Below are positions 28,659 through 37,990 of a stretch of DNA of 64,000 nucleotides, piece after piece. Source of the DNA: Planctomycetota bacterium (GTDB lineage Bacteria > Planctomycetota > SZUA-567 > H5-PLA8). Numbering within the stretch: position 1 is the first letter of the stretch; every line of letters begins with the position of its first letter. The notes beneath the pieces are model-generated. The model was not told the origin of the DNA, did not search any database, and worked only from the letters and a program-made list of their open reading frames with translations. The translations under genes and the position numbers were made by a program. The stretch lies in the NCBI GenBank assembly GCA_038227875.1, contig JBBRPR010000038.1, positions 19,309 to 83,308 of the forward strand, written 5' to 3'.

Positions 28659-31600
28659 TCACTTTTCTGTAGGAGCCTGCCCTGAGCTCGTCGAAGGGCT
28701 TGTCGAAGGGCCCACCAGCACCAAGTCGCTCACCTCCATCGTCTGCTCCATATCTCCTGAAATCAGCCCGACCCCCAGCGTCGTGATCCGATCCAGATGC
28801 AGCGGCTCGTTCTGCATCCCCGGCGTGAAATAACGCAGCGTCTCAAACGGAATGTAAACCGTGTGCCACTTCCCGTCCGCGACGAACAGATCGTTGGCGC
28901 GAATGTCGCTGTGCCCGTCAACCAGGATCAGCATGATGCTCCGCCCGCCGCGCTTCAGCACGCGGCCGCGCAGCACAATTCCGGACGTGTTCTTCGCGTC
29001 GATCGGCTTGGGCACCGTGAAGTACGGGTACGCCCACGCGTCGCCGGCGCGGTGGAATGTCACATCCATGCGCCAGATCTTGCCGTCAGGGCTGGAGAAC
29101 ACTTCCTTGGAATCCCCGCCGCCGCGCACCTGCCAGCGCTTCAGCTCCGCGATCGGCAGCGCGTCCTGCCGCGGAAAACGCGCCAGAATCTCATCGCGCT
29201 CCCCTTCGACCAGAAACGGCAGCGCCAGCGGCAGAATGTTCGGCGCGGCGTCGCAGCTCGCGGTGATGCGAATCAAGCGGGCTTCGCACACATCCAGAGC
29301 GGCCGACGCGTCCACCGTCCACGACGCTTCAGCGATGGCGTGTGCCGCGAGGGTCACCGGCGCGTGCGCGAATTCCTTCGACCCCGCGCCCGGCAGATGC
29401 AGCGTCGGCGTCACCGTCAGCGGCGCATCGCCGAGATTCTGTAGCCGCACCGTCAGCGGCAACGCCGCGGCCGTGGCCCGGTCGACAAAATACGCCCGCT
29501 TGGAAATCTCACCCACCTTCGGCGAGTACGAAAACTGCAGCACCACCGGCGAAGCCGGCGCGCGCTTCGGCAGCGCCGTGCGGCTGGCCGCCAGCAACGC
29601 CGCCGCCGGCGTCTTGGTATTCAATGCCTCACCCAGTGTCCCGCGCGCAAACCACACGTAGCCCAGTCCATCCGGAAGCGGACAAGCGCCGTCGGCCGAA
29701 AGTTTCAACACGCGCCCATCGGCGCCGCTCACGCGCAGCGGCACCGCCGGCAATTTGACTTCGCACTTCGGGTCCACGTTCTCCGTATACAGCACTGCGA
29801 CGTCCTCGCCGTCCTGGTTGGAAAACACGCGCGCCAGCCGCACGCGCGGATCATCGACGCGCAAATCCCCGCTGTAGTCGCGTCCAGCAAGAGCGTCCGC
29901 GCACCACGCGTACGCCGCGAACGAACGCAGCGGCGTCACTTCGCGACCGAACATGCTGAAACTTTTGATTCCGCCTTCCTCGTAAAACGGCAGGCAGAAC
30001 GGAAAGTAGCGCGCCACGCCGCACGCGCGCGCTTCCACCGCTTTCGCGCTGATCTCCCGCGCGCTGTCGCGGTCCTGATCCAGCGGCGGGCGGCTGGGCC
30101 CCAGCACCCACGGATGCCCGCACTCCGTCACCCAGATCGGCAGTCCCGACTTGCCCGCTCCCGTCACGTACTCGCGGCACGCCTGGATCTGCCCCTGCAC
30201 CAACGGCGCGCGATCGTACTGATGGACCGACAGCGCATCGAGACACTCCAGCATCCCGTTGGCGGTGCACGCGTCGTAGTACGAACCTTGCGGCACATTC
30301 GCAAACACGCCGCCCACCGTCAGTCGGTGCGGCTCGCTGTGATCGGCCGCGTACGCCTGAGCTTTGCACATCACCGCGTACTGATCGGCCGGCATGCCGG
30401 GCATCGCCAGATCCGGCTCGTTGCCCACTTCACCCGCCGCCCAGCCCTGCCCCCAGCGCACCGTCAGCGCCGACCACGCCGTCGCCGTCTCGACCAGATT
30501 CTGTGAAAAACTGTGATTCAACCCCGGCTCAAAATGCGCCGGCTCACCCGACATCAGTTCCAGCACCTCCACGCCGGCGTCGCGGTACATCTTGCGCAGC
30601 GCGTCGCTCTGCCGCTTGCCGTTCTGCCAGTCGTACTCGCCCGGCTTGGGGTTGATCGCATTCATGCTCAGCCGTTCACGCGCGACGCCAATGCCCGTAC
30701 GCTTGAGCGCCGCGATCAGCCCCGCGCGCATCTTCTCGCGCGTCTCGAGCGTGGAGAGTGCCGCGTCGATCCCGAAAAACGGATCCGCGCGCCCACCTAG
30801 CCCGGTGTGAGCTTTCATCGCGAGCACGCCAAACGCCTGATGCGTCGGCCCAAACGCAATTTCATAATACCCGCGCGGCAGATTCACCGGCACCGCCAGC
30901 GTGCCGTCCGCCGCGAACACCGCGTCGCCGCTCGCGACGGTCTTTCCCGTGTAATCGCTCACCGTGTACGGCACGCGCTCGCTGGGCCCGCGCACCGCCG
31001 CCGTCCAGCGTAGCGTCACCGGAACATCCGGATCGATCAGCAGCGCCGCGAGGTCCACGGGCTCCAGCCCCGCCACCGTCGCGCTCTCCACCGTGATCTG
31101 AAAATTCCGGATCAGCGGCGCGTTGGGCGTCACCGGCTCGTTGAAACGAAAACCCGCCTCCGTGGATGCCTGCGCCGATGCGCTGCCCGGAAATGCTTTC
31201 GCGTCGAGCACCGTCGTGCCATTCAGCCGCGCCGTCACCGTCCGCGCTTCCGTATCGAGGACCAGCTCAGCCAGATTGAAACCCTTCTTCACCAGCGCCG
31301 CGTCCGTTTTGGGAATCAGATTGGTCTTGCCTACCATCAGCGCGTACCCGCCCTCGCGAATCGAAAACAGCACCTCGTATGATTTCCAGAAATCGCTCGA
31401 CAGATTGCCGTGCCCGAAAGCCAATCCCGCAAAACCGCACCCCGCCGGATCCAGTTCCGCGCGCAGCGTGATCTTCCCCGCGATCGCCGGAATCGGCAGA
31501 TGCCCGCCGCCCGGCGAAGCGTTCGACATCGTCGCGCCCTTCGCCGTCACCAGCACTCCGCTGAACGCCGTCCACGCCGGCTTCCCCGCGCCGAGTTCTC

Positions 31601-31742
31601 GTCCCTCCAGAGCCACATTCGCCGGCGCGATCAACGTGTCCGGAAAAACCAGCGCGCCGGCCGAGACCGGAGCGGGCGTCTCCGCCGCTGACAGCGCAGC
31701 AAACATCATGAACGCGGCGAGCACAGCGCAGATCGTTTTCAT
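28659..31742 (-). CDS. Large secreted glycoside hydrolase (clan GH-A, GH39-like) with CBM-like termini
   Basis: Signal peptide MKTICAVLAAFMMFAALSAA; EVGNEPD, SVHQY and PIWVTECG motifs; ATG overlaps the LacI stop (ATGA). Confidence 0.85.
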   Translation of the reverse strand: MKTICAVLAAFMMFAALSAAETPAPVSAGALVFPDTLIAPANVALEGRELGAGKPAWTAFSGVLVTAKGATMSNASPGGGHLPIPAIAGKITLRAELDPAGCGFAGLAFGHGNLSSDFWKSYEVLFSIREGGYALMVGKTNLIPKTDAALVKKGFNLAELVLDTEARTVTARLNGTTVLDAKAFPGSASAQASTEAGFRFNEPVTPNAPLIRNFQITVESATVAGLEPVDLAALLIDPDVPVTLRWTAAVRGPSERVPYTVSDYTGKTVASGDAVFAADGTLAVPVNLPRGYYEIAFGPTHQAFGVLAMKAHTGLGGRADPFFGIDAALSTLETREKMRAGLIAALKRTGIGVARERLSMNAINPKPGEYDWQNGKRQSDALRKMYRDAGVEVLELMSGEPAHFEPGLNHSFSQNLVETATAWSALTVRWGQGWAAGEVGNEPDLAMPGMPADQYAVMCKAQAYAADHSEPHRLTVGGVFANVPQGSYYDACTANGMLECLDALSVHQYDRAPLVQGQIQACREYVTGAGKSGLPIWVTECGHPWVLGPSRPPLDQDRDSAREISAKAVEARACGVARYFPFCLPFYEEGGIKSFSMFGREVTPLRSFAAYAWCADALAGRDYSGDLRVDDPRVRLARVFSNQDGEDVAVLYTENVDPKCEVKLPAVPLRVSGADGRVLKLSADGACPLPDGLGYVWFARGTLGEALNTKTPAAALLAASRTALPKRAPASPVVLQFSYSPKVGEISKRAYFVDRATAAALPLTVRLQNLGDAPLTVTPTLHLPGAGSKEFAHAPVTLAAHAIAEASWTVDASAALDVCEARLIRITASCDAAPNILPLALPFLVEGERDEILARFPRQDALPIAELKRWQVRGGGDSKEVFSSPDGKIWRMDVTFHRAGDAWAYPYFTVPKPIDAKNTSGIVLRGRVLKRGGRSIMLILVDGHSDIRANDLFVADGKWHTVYIPFETLRYFTPGMQNEPLHLDRITTLGVGLISGDMEQTMEVSDLVLVGPSTSPSTSSGQAPTEK

Positions 31743-32782
31743 TTCGGGATTCCTGTACACGACGCACGTTCAACAATTTTCGGAGACAAGCGGATCGTCC
31801 TAAACGGACTCGGCGGAATCTTCCCCGCGATCACGTCCAGCAGCAGCGCGATCGCCGCCCGGCCGTTTCCGCGCGCTTCCAGAGAAACAGAAGTGATCGG
31901 CACCGGCCCGCTCGCATCCCGCGGCGCGTCGTCGAAACCCAACACGCTCATCCCCGACGGCACGCCGATTTCCGCCACGCGCAGCCCCATCACCACCGCG
32001 CGCGCCAGCATGTCGTCGGCCGCGTAGATCGCCGTGGGCCGCTCCGCCGCAGGACGCTCACGCAGCGGAATGGCGAACTCCACGCCGCCGTACTCGTTGT
32101 CGCCCGTCTCGAAAATATCCGCCGCATCCACGCGCGCGCCGACCGCCAGCAGCGCGTCGCGCAGCCGCTGCAGCCGGTTGCGGTGAAGTTCCCCGCGCAG
32201 CCCGGGCACCCGCGTCGCCGTCGCGATCCCAATGCGCCGATGCCCCAGCCCGACGAGATAGTCCGCGCCCAGCTTCAGCGCCGAGAATTCCGACATGCCG
32301 ACGAGGTGCCCCATCTTGGACGGCCCGCCCAGAATCACGAACGGCATCCGCGCCGCATGCAACTTCTCGACCGTCGCTTTCAGTTGCTCGTTGGATCCGC
32401 CGGCCGGGCACCAGATCACGCCGTCGACGCGGTTTTCGCAAAACTGGAGCAGCCCGGCGAGTTCGCGCTGCGGATCCCAATCGCAGAATTTGATCGCGAT
32501 GGCATTCTTGCTCTGCTCCGCCGCCGCCTGAAATTCTTCCAGATGCGGCGCGAAAAACTGATTCTCCATCCCCGGCAGCATCACGCCGATGACCCGCGAG
32601 CGCCCGCTGGAGAGCGCGCTGGCCAATTGATTGGGCACATAATTCATCCGCCGCGCCACATCCGCAACGCGCAGCCGCGTCTGCTCCGCAATCCGCCGAT
32701 CGCCCCGCAACGCCAGCGAGACGGTGGAATTATCCAACCCGGTCTCCCGAGCCACTTCGACGATGGTGACGCGCTTCCCCAT
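31739..32782 (-). CDS. LacI family transcriptional regulator
   Basis: VTIVEVARETGLDNSTVSLAL HTH; YVPNQLASAL hinge; SVLGFDD; IVERAS. Confidence 0.93.
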   Translation of the reverse strand: MGKRVTIVEVARETGLDNSTVSLALRGDRRIAEQTRLRVADVARRMNYVPNQLASALSSGRSRVIGVMLPGMENQFFAPHLEEFQAAAEQSKNAIAIKFCDWDPQRELAGLLQFCENRVDGVIWCPAGGSNEQLKATVEKLHAARMPFVILGGPSKMGHLVGMSEFSALKLGADYLVGLGHRRIGIATATRVPGLRGELHRNRLQRLRDALLAVGARVDAADIFETGDNEYGGVEFAIPLRERPAAERPTAIYAADDMLARAVVMGLRVAEIGVPSGMSVLGFDDAPRDASGPVPITSVSLEARGNGRAAIALLLDVIAGKIPPSPFRTIRLSPKIVERASCTGIPK

Positions 32783-32794
32783 AATTTCCCGCCC

Positions 32795-32816
32795 AAAATT
32801 CAAACGTTTGAATTTT
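32795..32816. promoter_or_regulatory. LacI-type operator (autoregulatory)
   Basis: Perfect 22-bp palindrome AAAATTCAAACGTTTGAATTTT just upstream of the LacI gene, with a minus-strand TTGACA about 20 bp further upstream. Confidence 0.75.
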
Positions 32817-33155
32817 TAGCGAAATTGAGCCCATTGTCAATCCTATTCGCCGCTTCTGGACCGGCCTTTCGCCAACCCACTCCGGGTGGGTGAGCAACGC
32901 GAACAAGAACCTCTTAAATAAGTTCGCTTCAGCAAACACCGTTCCGGAGAACACGGAAGCACGGTCTAATGCCACCACGATCAGTGCCGTTGCTGTTCTT
33001 AGCGTCTTTGCGGCTTTGCGTGAGATCAAGACGTACAGCCACAACAATCACGCGCAGCAGGGCGGATTCGAGATTTTCTCCAAATTCCCCCTCCAAAATT
33101 TGCAATCCCGCAATCGCGTGGGGTAAAGTGGTTGTTCACCTTTGGAGGACTTCTG

Positions 33156-33493
33156 ATGAGCGACGAAACGCCAGAGGAAACGCCCCCCCGGTGGCGCAAG
33201 AAGAGCAAGACCCGCAAGACCCGCAAGACGAGCAGGAGCCGCAGGAAGAACGCCTCTGCCAACGCTGTAACGCCGTGATCCCCGCTGAGCGCGTCGAAGC
33301 GCTCCCCGACACCGAAGTCTGCATCGCCTGCAGCACCGCCATCGGCGGCGAATTCAAACTCGCCGTCATCCCCGACAGCATCGGGAAAAGCACCAGCATG
33401 AAGAAAAATTACGGCGTCTTCTCCCTCCAGAAAACGCGCAAGCGCATCTGGCCGGTGAAGCCCAAGCCCCCTCAGCCGAACCCGGACGCATAA
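33156..33493 (+). CDS. DksA/TraR C4 zinc-finger protein; frameshift in C7 run at 33183-33189
   Basis: CQRC-x3-IPAERVEALPDTEVCIAC. The GGAGG RBS + ATG 33156 is out of frame with the zinc finger unless one C is added to the homopolymer. Confidence 0.75.
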
Positions 33494-33543
33494 AGCCGCG
33501 TCCGCCTCGCGGCGCAACCGTGGACTCCAAGACAATTTTGAAT

Positions 33544-33603
33544 TTTGAATTCTTAATTTTGAATCGCTGCCGCCGCGAAGTAATTCAAAATTAAGAATTC
33601 AAA
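33544..33603. repeat. AT-rich perfect 21-bp inverted repeat built from heptamers
   Basis: TTTGAATTCTTAATTTTGAAT (33544-33564) / ATTCAAAATTAAGAATTCAAA (33583-33603). Confidence 0.85.
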
Positions 33604-33672
33604 TTTGTCTGAAAGCCGCATGCAAGCATGAACTGTTGAAGACTCACGCGCCGCCATTACGATGGCCCACGC

Positions 33673-34707
33673 ATGGCCTATCAGCTCCTGGCACCGATGA
33701 ACGTCTTCTTCCTGCTGATCCTCGTGCCGGCGGCGCTGGCCTGCGGAGCGTGGGTGTTTGATCCGGTCAGAACCATCAAAAATTCCCGCGCCAAATGGCA
33801 ATGCCAGTTGCCGGATGTGCTCCTGCTGATCGGACAACTGGGCCTGGCCGGAGCACTCGTCTTCCGCCTCGAACCGGAATTCAGTGTCGTCGAAGAAGTG
33901 CTGGGGCTCTTTCTGCTCTGGGCGCTGATGGCGCTGTGGTGGTATATGGGCATCCGCGCGCTCTCGCGTGGCGCCGTCTCCGATCCGCTCCGCCGCTTCG
34001 TCATTCTGGGCATCATTTGCCCGGTCCTGTATTGCTGGCCGCTGAGCGAACTGGTGGTCAATCCGTTGTTCATGGTCATCTTCGGAAATGTGTTTCTCGT
34101 TATTCCCGCGCTGATGATGTTTGTCCTGTTCCGCTTCTGCCGATCGATCGTGAAATGGGCGGTGACGCCACCACCGCCTGCGCCACCCGAACTACCCGAT
34201 CAACCCGATCAACCCGCCCAACCCGCGACGGGTCTGCGCTCCGCGCGGCTCCGGCCCATCTACTTCTCCGCCTGCATTCTCACGTCGGCGCTGGTCGTGG
34301 TCGGCGCCACCGCGCCGCTCTGGTGCGACGTGACCATCGGTCCGGTCTACTACGTCACCGCCCTCCGCCGTTTCCGCGGCGCCATGCGCCGCAGCGCCGA
34401 CATTCCCGCGATCCAAGCCTGGCTGAAAAGCCGCGCCGCGACGATCGCTCCGGCCAGCGTCACCGGCAACACGAGCGGCAACAACATCCGTGAAATCCTG
34501 GAGCAAGAGCGACCCGAATGTCTCCAGCACTTGTCGCACCGCGCTTACTACAACAATTCCGGCGCCCTCCGCTTAACCTGGGGCGGCGGCTTCGGCCACT
34601 GGGGGCTGGACGTGGCTCTCCCCGGCACACCCATGCCCCCCAGCACCGGCCGCGAATACCACCTGCACCTCAGCGACGGCGCCTGGGTCTGGCACGAGAT
34701 TCAGCAA
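33673..34707 (+). CDS. Multi-pass membrane protein; true end probably near 34707 (stop apparently lost)
   Basis: Several TM helices, a Pro-rich linker, then WGGGFGHWGL...WVWHEIQ. The remainder of the 956-aa track ORF is an antisense shadow of the convergent gene. Confidence 0.65.
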
Positions 34708-34731
34708 GCACGATCCAAAACTCGACGACCG

Positions 34732-37134
34732 TCAGTTCTCAACAATCGTGAATTTATGATTCAACGCGTTGTAGTGAACAGATTGATAAAACACCGTATG
34801 GTAGAACAAAACATAGACAGGAAAATTGGCGTCGCTTTTTTCATTGAACCCATTTTGTTCCAGCACCGTCTTGTAGCTGCCCTGCAAGGTCATGGAGAAC
34901 GACGCGTTCTCAGTGCCCACTTTCGATTTGCGATGACTGATGCGCACGCGCAGATCTTTATTCAGCGTCGAACCCTGCCCCGATTTTCCCAGCAGCATCT
35001 TTTCCACTACGCCCGATGCCAGAAAAATCACCTGCTCCTTGTCGACGGTGTAGCCCGCATCCATCGGCAGCGCGCCCGTCAGGGTGATCTTGTCTCCGTT
35101 TTTGCCCAACTTTATGTCGAGATGTTTGAGCGTAAACAAGCGCGTCCCCGAAGAGGTCGCGTTTCCTGCGAACGGCGTCGACTTCGGATCGAACGGATTC
35201 GAGCCGAGAATTTTCTCAAAGCTGTTCGGGACTCCGTCGCCGTCTGCATCGCCGTCAGACGGCAAATCCTGGACGACGAACGTCAGGAATTGCTGTGTCG
35301 TCCCCACGGCATTGGTGGCCGTGATGAGCACGCCGTACGTGCCAGCCGTGGCGAACTGGCCGTTCAGAATATACCCGAGCGAAAATGTAACGCCCGACGG
35401 CAGCGCACCCACCGAAAAGTAGATCGGCTGCGAGCCACTCGCGAAAATCGACAGCGAAAACGGCTGGCCCACGAACAGCGACACGCTACTGGGATTGGTG
35501 AAGGTCGGCGGAAGCCCCGGCGCGATCGTGATAATCAAGGTCTGGTTGGTCGTGCCGCCGGCGTTGGTGGCGGAGAGAATGACCGTGTACGTACCGGCCA
35601 CCGTCGGAGTTCCCACGATGGAAGAACCGCCGTTGATCAATCCCGGCGGCACACCAAACGCGTTGAGCACGATCGGATTGGTGCCGGTCGCCGTGATGAT
35701 GTACGTGAACGGAATTCCCACGGTACCGCTGGCCGTCAGCGGGCTGGTGATGACCGGCTTGGGCGTAAGCCCGGAGGAGATGTTGACGCTGCACGCGTAA
35801 ACGTCACAACCGGAAAGCGCGCCGTCAGGGTTGTCACCGGTGCTGTTGGAGTTGTCCGACCAGCACGGATAAAACACGCCGGCGTAAAACGACAGTGCCG
35901 TGTAGTCTCCAAAGTCGTTGGGATCGGCGGCATCGGCGCTGTTGGAGACGCCGGTGGAAACGCGAAAGTTCGGCACGAACGTGGCTCCGCCGTCAGTGCT
36001 GAAGGTCGCGTAAAATTCAACGTCGTCGTTGGGATTGCCGTTGGTGTCGCCCGGGCCGCTTCCATTATCGTTGCGGCAGTCGTACCACGAAAAGGCGATA
36101 TTTCCCGTCGTCGGGTCCAGCGCAATGCGCGGCATGAACTGACTGTTCGCCGTCGCGTCGTCGTTCACGCGCGCCCGCGGCGACCAGCTCGCGCCGCCAT
36201 TGTCGGAATAGCGCAGGTAGATATCCAGATCCGTGTTGCTGGGCGCCGGCGCATCGGTATAGACCATGTACACGCGCCCGGCGTGCGCTCCGCTGGTGCG
36301 ATCCCATGCCAGTCCCACTTCGGCATCGACGCTGCGTGTCATCTGCGGCGGGATGAAATTGAACCCGCCGATACTCGTTGTGGTGACGAAGGTTTGTGGG
36401 CCAAAGCCGCCGGGCCCCAGTCCGTCGGCGTCCACGTGAATAAAAATATTCGACGGCCCGACTCCGCCACTGTTGTCCTGGTAGGCGATCATCACCTGCC
36501 CCGCCGGCCCGATCGCAATATCGCCAAAATTACAGCCGTTTGAACCCGGCGCGGTTTGCAGCGGGCTGAAACCCTGAACCTGCCCCAGACCCGTGATGCG
36601 CGCGCCCGTGGCTACAAGGTTGTTCGCGGCGTCCTGAAAAAAGAACCAGACACTTTGCGACCCCGGCGTATCGCCAGGACCCGTGACCAGCGTGGGCTGG
36701 TCACCGGCCGGAAACGAAGCCAGCTTCTGAAAGGTCTTGCCCCCATCGGTGCTGAGCGCCATGACCGCAATCGTGGTCGTTGAATCGAGGTAGCCGAAAA
36801 AACAATTTCCGAACGAATCGAAGCCAATAGTCGGATCGCAGCACGCCGGGATCAAGCTATCGTTACCGTCTGCAATCACAGACGTGCTCCAGGTAACACC
36901 GGCATCCATACTATAGGCCTGAAGAATCCCGGTGGCCAAATCGTTGGCGTTGGCCGCCATCACCAGGTTATTGGGATTGGTGGGATTGATCGCGATGGCT
37001 TCTTCACACTGATGCAGCGGCCGCCGCAGGATGTTGACGTTCGCTCCGACGGTGGCCGCGACCGCGACGTCTGCGCAGAGACCGCACACCGCCAGCGCCA
37101 GAACTCCGACGCAACGAACCGCAAATCGACTCAC
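34732..37134 (-). CDS. Secreted Asp-box (sialidase-like) propeller + putative Ig repeats + DxDxDG motif + shared C-terminal domain
   Basis: GGAGG RBS + GTG 37134; SMDAGVTW, STDGGKTF, SDNGGASW and FGDY motifs; PPGL...GTPT.AGTY Ig repeats; DADGDGVPN. Confidence 0.88.
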   Translation of the reverse strand: MSRFAVRCVGVLALAVCGLCADVAVAATVGANVNILRRPLHQCEEAIAINPTNPNNLVMAANANDLATGILQAYSMDAGVTWSTSVIADGNDSLIPACCDPTIGFDSFGNCFFGYLDSTTTIAVMALSTDGGKTFQKLASFPAGDQPTLVTGPGDTPGSQSVWFFFQDAANNLVATGARITGLGQVQGFSPLQTAPGSNGCNFGDIAIGPAGQVMIAYQDNSGGVGPSNIFIHVDADGLGPGGFGPQTFVTTTSIGGFNFIPPQMTRSVDAEVGLAWDRTSGAHAGRVYMVYTDAPAPSNTDLDIYLRYSDNGGASWSPRARVNDDATANSQFMPRIALDPTTGNIAFSWYDCRNDNGSGPGDTNGNPNDDVEFYATFSTDGGATFVPNFRVSTGVSNSADAADPNDFGDYTALSFYAGVFYPCWSDNSNSTGDNPDGALSGCDVYACSVNISSGLTPKPVITSPLTASGTVGIPFTYIITATGTNPIVLNAFGVPPGLINGGSSIVGTPTVAGTYTVILSATNAGGTTNQTLIITIAPGLPPTFTNPSSVSLFVGQPFSLSIFASGSQPIYFSVGALPSGVTFSLGYILNGQFATAGTYGVLITATNAVGTTQQFLTFVVQDLPSDGDADGDGVPNSFEKILGSNPFDPKSTPFAGNATSSGTRLFTLKHLDIKLGKNGDKITLTGALPMDAGYTVDKEQVIFLASGVVEKMLLGKSGQGSTLNKDLRVRISHRKSKVGTENASFSMTLQGSYKTVLEQNGFNEKSDANFPVYVLFYHTVFYQSVHYNALNHKFTIVEN

Positions 37135-37397
37135 AGATTTTCCTCCGAATGAAGCGAGCATTATTTTTCGTGATACAAATATATGCTTTTCTATGATCGT
37201 AATGTCTTGTAATATTACTTTCAACTCTATTGTTTATATTAGTTATTTATATGTTTTACGCGCTGTCTTTCTGGGGATGGGGTCCTTGGCACGGGTTGGA
37301 ACCAATAGATTTTTAGGGCCCGACAGCCCGAACCATCGAACCGCGTCGACTCCCACGCGCTACCGCTATTCCCAAATGTAAATCGGCCAACCTACCG

Positions 37398-37934
37398 GAG
37401 GAACATTGATCTCGCGAAGACAGTCATCGGCTCGCCGTGCCGCACCGCTTGGAAGTTAAGGGCCAAAGGCCCGCCGCTATACCAGCCCAAGGCAACGCCC
37501 TGGTTGCCGTTCATGCCGTTGCCGTTCATGCCGTTGCTGTACATGCCGTTGCTGTACATGCCGTTGCTGTACATGCCGTTGCTGTTCATGCCGTTGCTTG
37601 CCATCGCCTTCAGGCGGTGGTCGCCGTTGATGCTGTTGCTGTCAGCCGGCTTCAGCCGGTCTTTCCGGCCGTTGCTGAGGAACATTGATCTCTCAGCGAT
37701 TGTCATCTCATCGCCGTGCCGCACCGCCTGGAAGTTAAGGGCCAAAGGCCCACCGCTATACCAGCCTGGGGCACCGCCCCAGGAAAAATCACGCCATCAC
37801 CTGAGAGGGCTGTAAGCCCGAACTATCGAACGCAGGCACGCCATTGTTCGGGCTTTCAGCCCTTAACGATAATGGGGACATCCAATTCCTGGGGCGTTGC
37901 CCCAGGCTGATATAGCGGCGGGCCTTTGGCCCTT
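37398..37934. repeat. Composite REP/MITE-like repeat region
   Basis: About 90-bp direct repeats at 37398-37487 and 37677-37766; an ~47-bp inverted pair at 37737-37783 / 37888-37934; an inner inverted pair at about 37806-37822 / 37846-37863. Confidence 0.85.
37503..37598. repeat. 15-bp tandem repeat, about 6.4 copies
   Basis: Unit GTTGC(C/T)GT(T/A)CATGCC. Confidence 0.9.
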
Positions 37935-37990
37935 TGCTCGCTACGCTCGCAACGGCAAACGGTAAAACGGCTAAACAGAAAACGGTAAAA

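Noticed and set aside
37286..37302. TTGGCACGGGTTGG as a sigma-54 promoter
   Set aside because: No GC at the -12 position, and it points away from the adjacent gene.
37503..37680. AAC-rich stretch as the DGR template repeat
   Set aside because: It lacks the invariant VR anchors (GGTTCCTGG, TGTCGGTCGGCT, GGTTTTCGG); it is a simple 15-bp minisatellite.
37392..37815. ORFs encoding SNGMY or MPLLY repeats; possible CRISPR array
   Set aside because: Translations of tandem/REP DNA with no RBS. There are no unique spacers and no cas genes.
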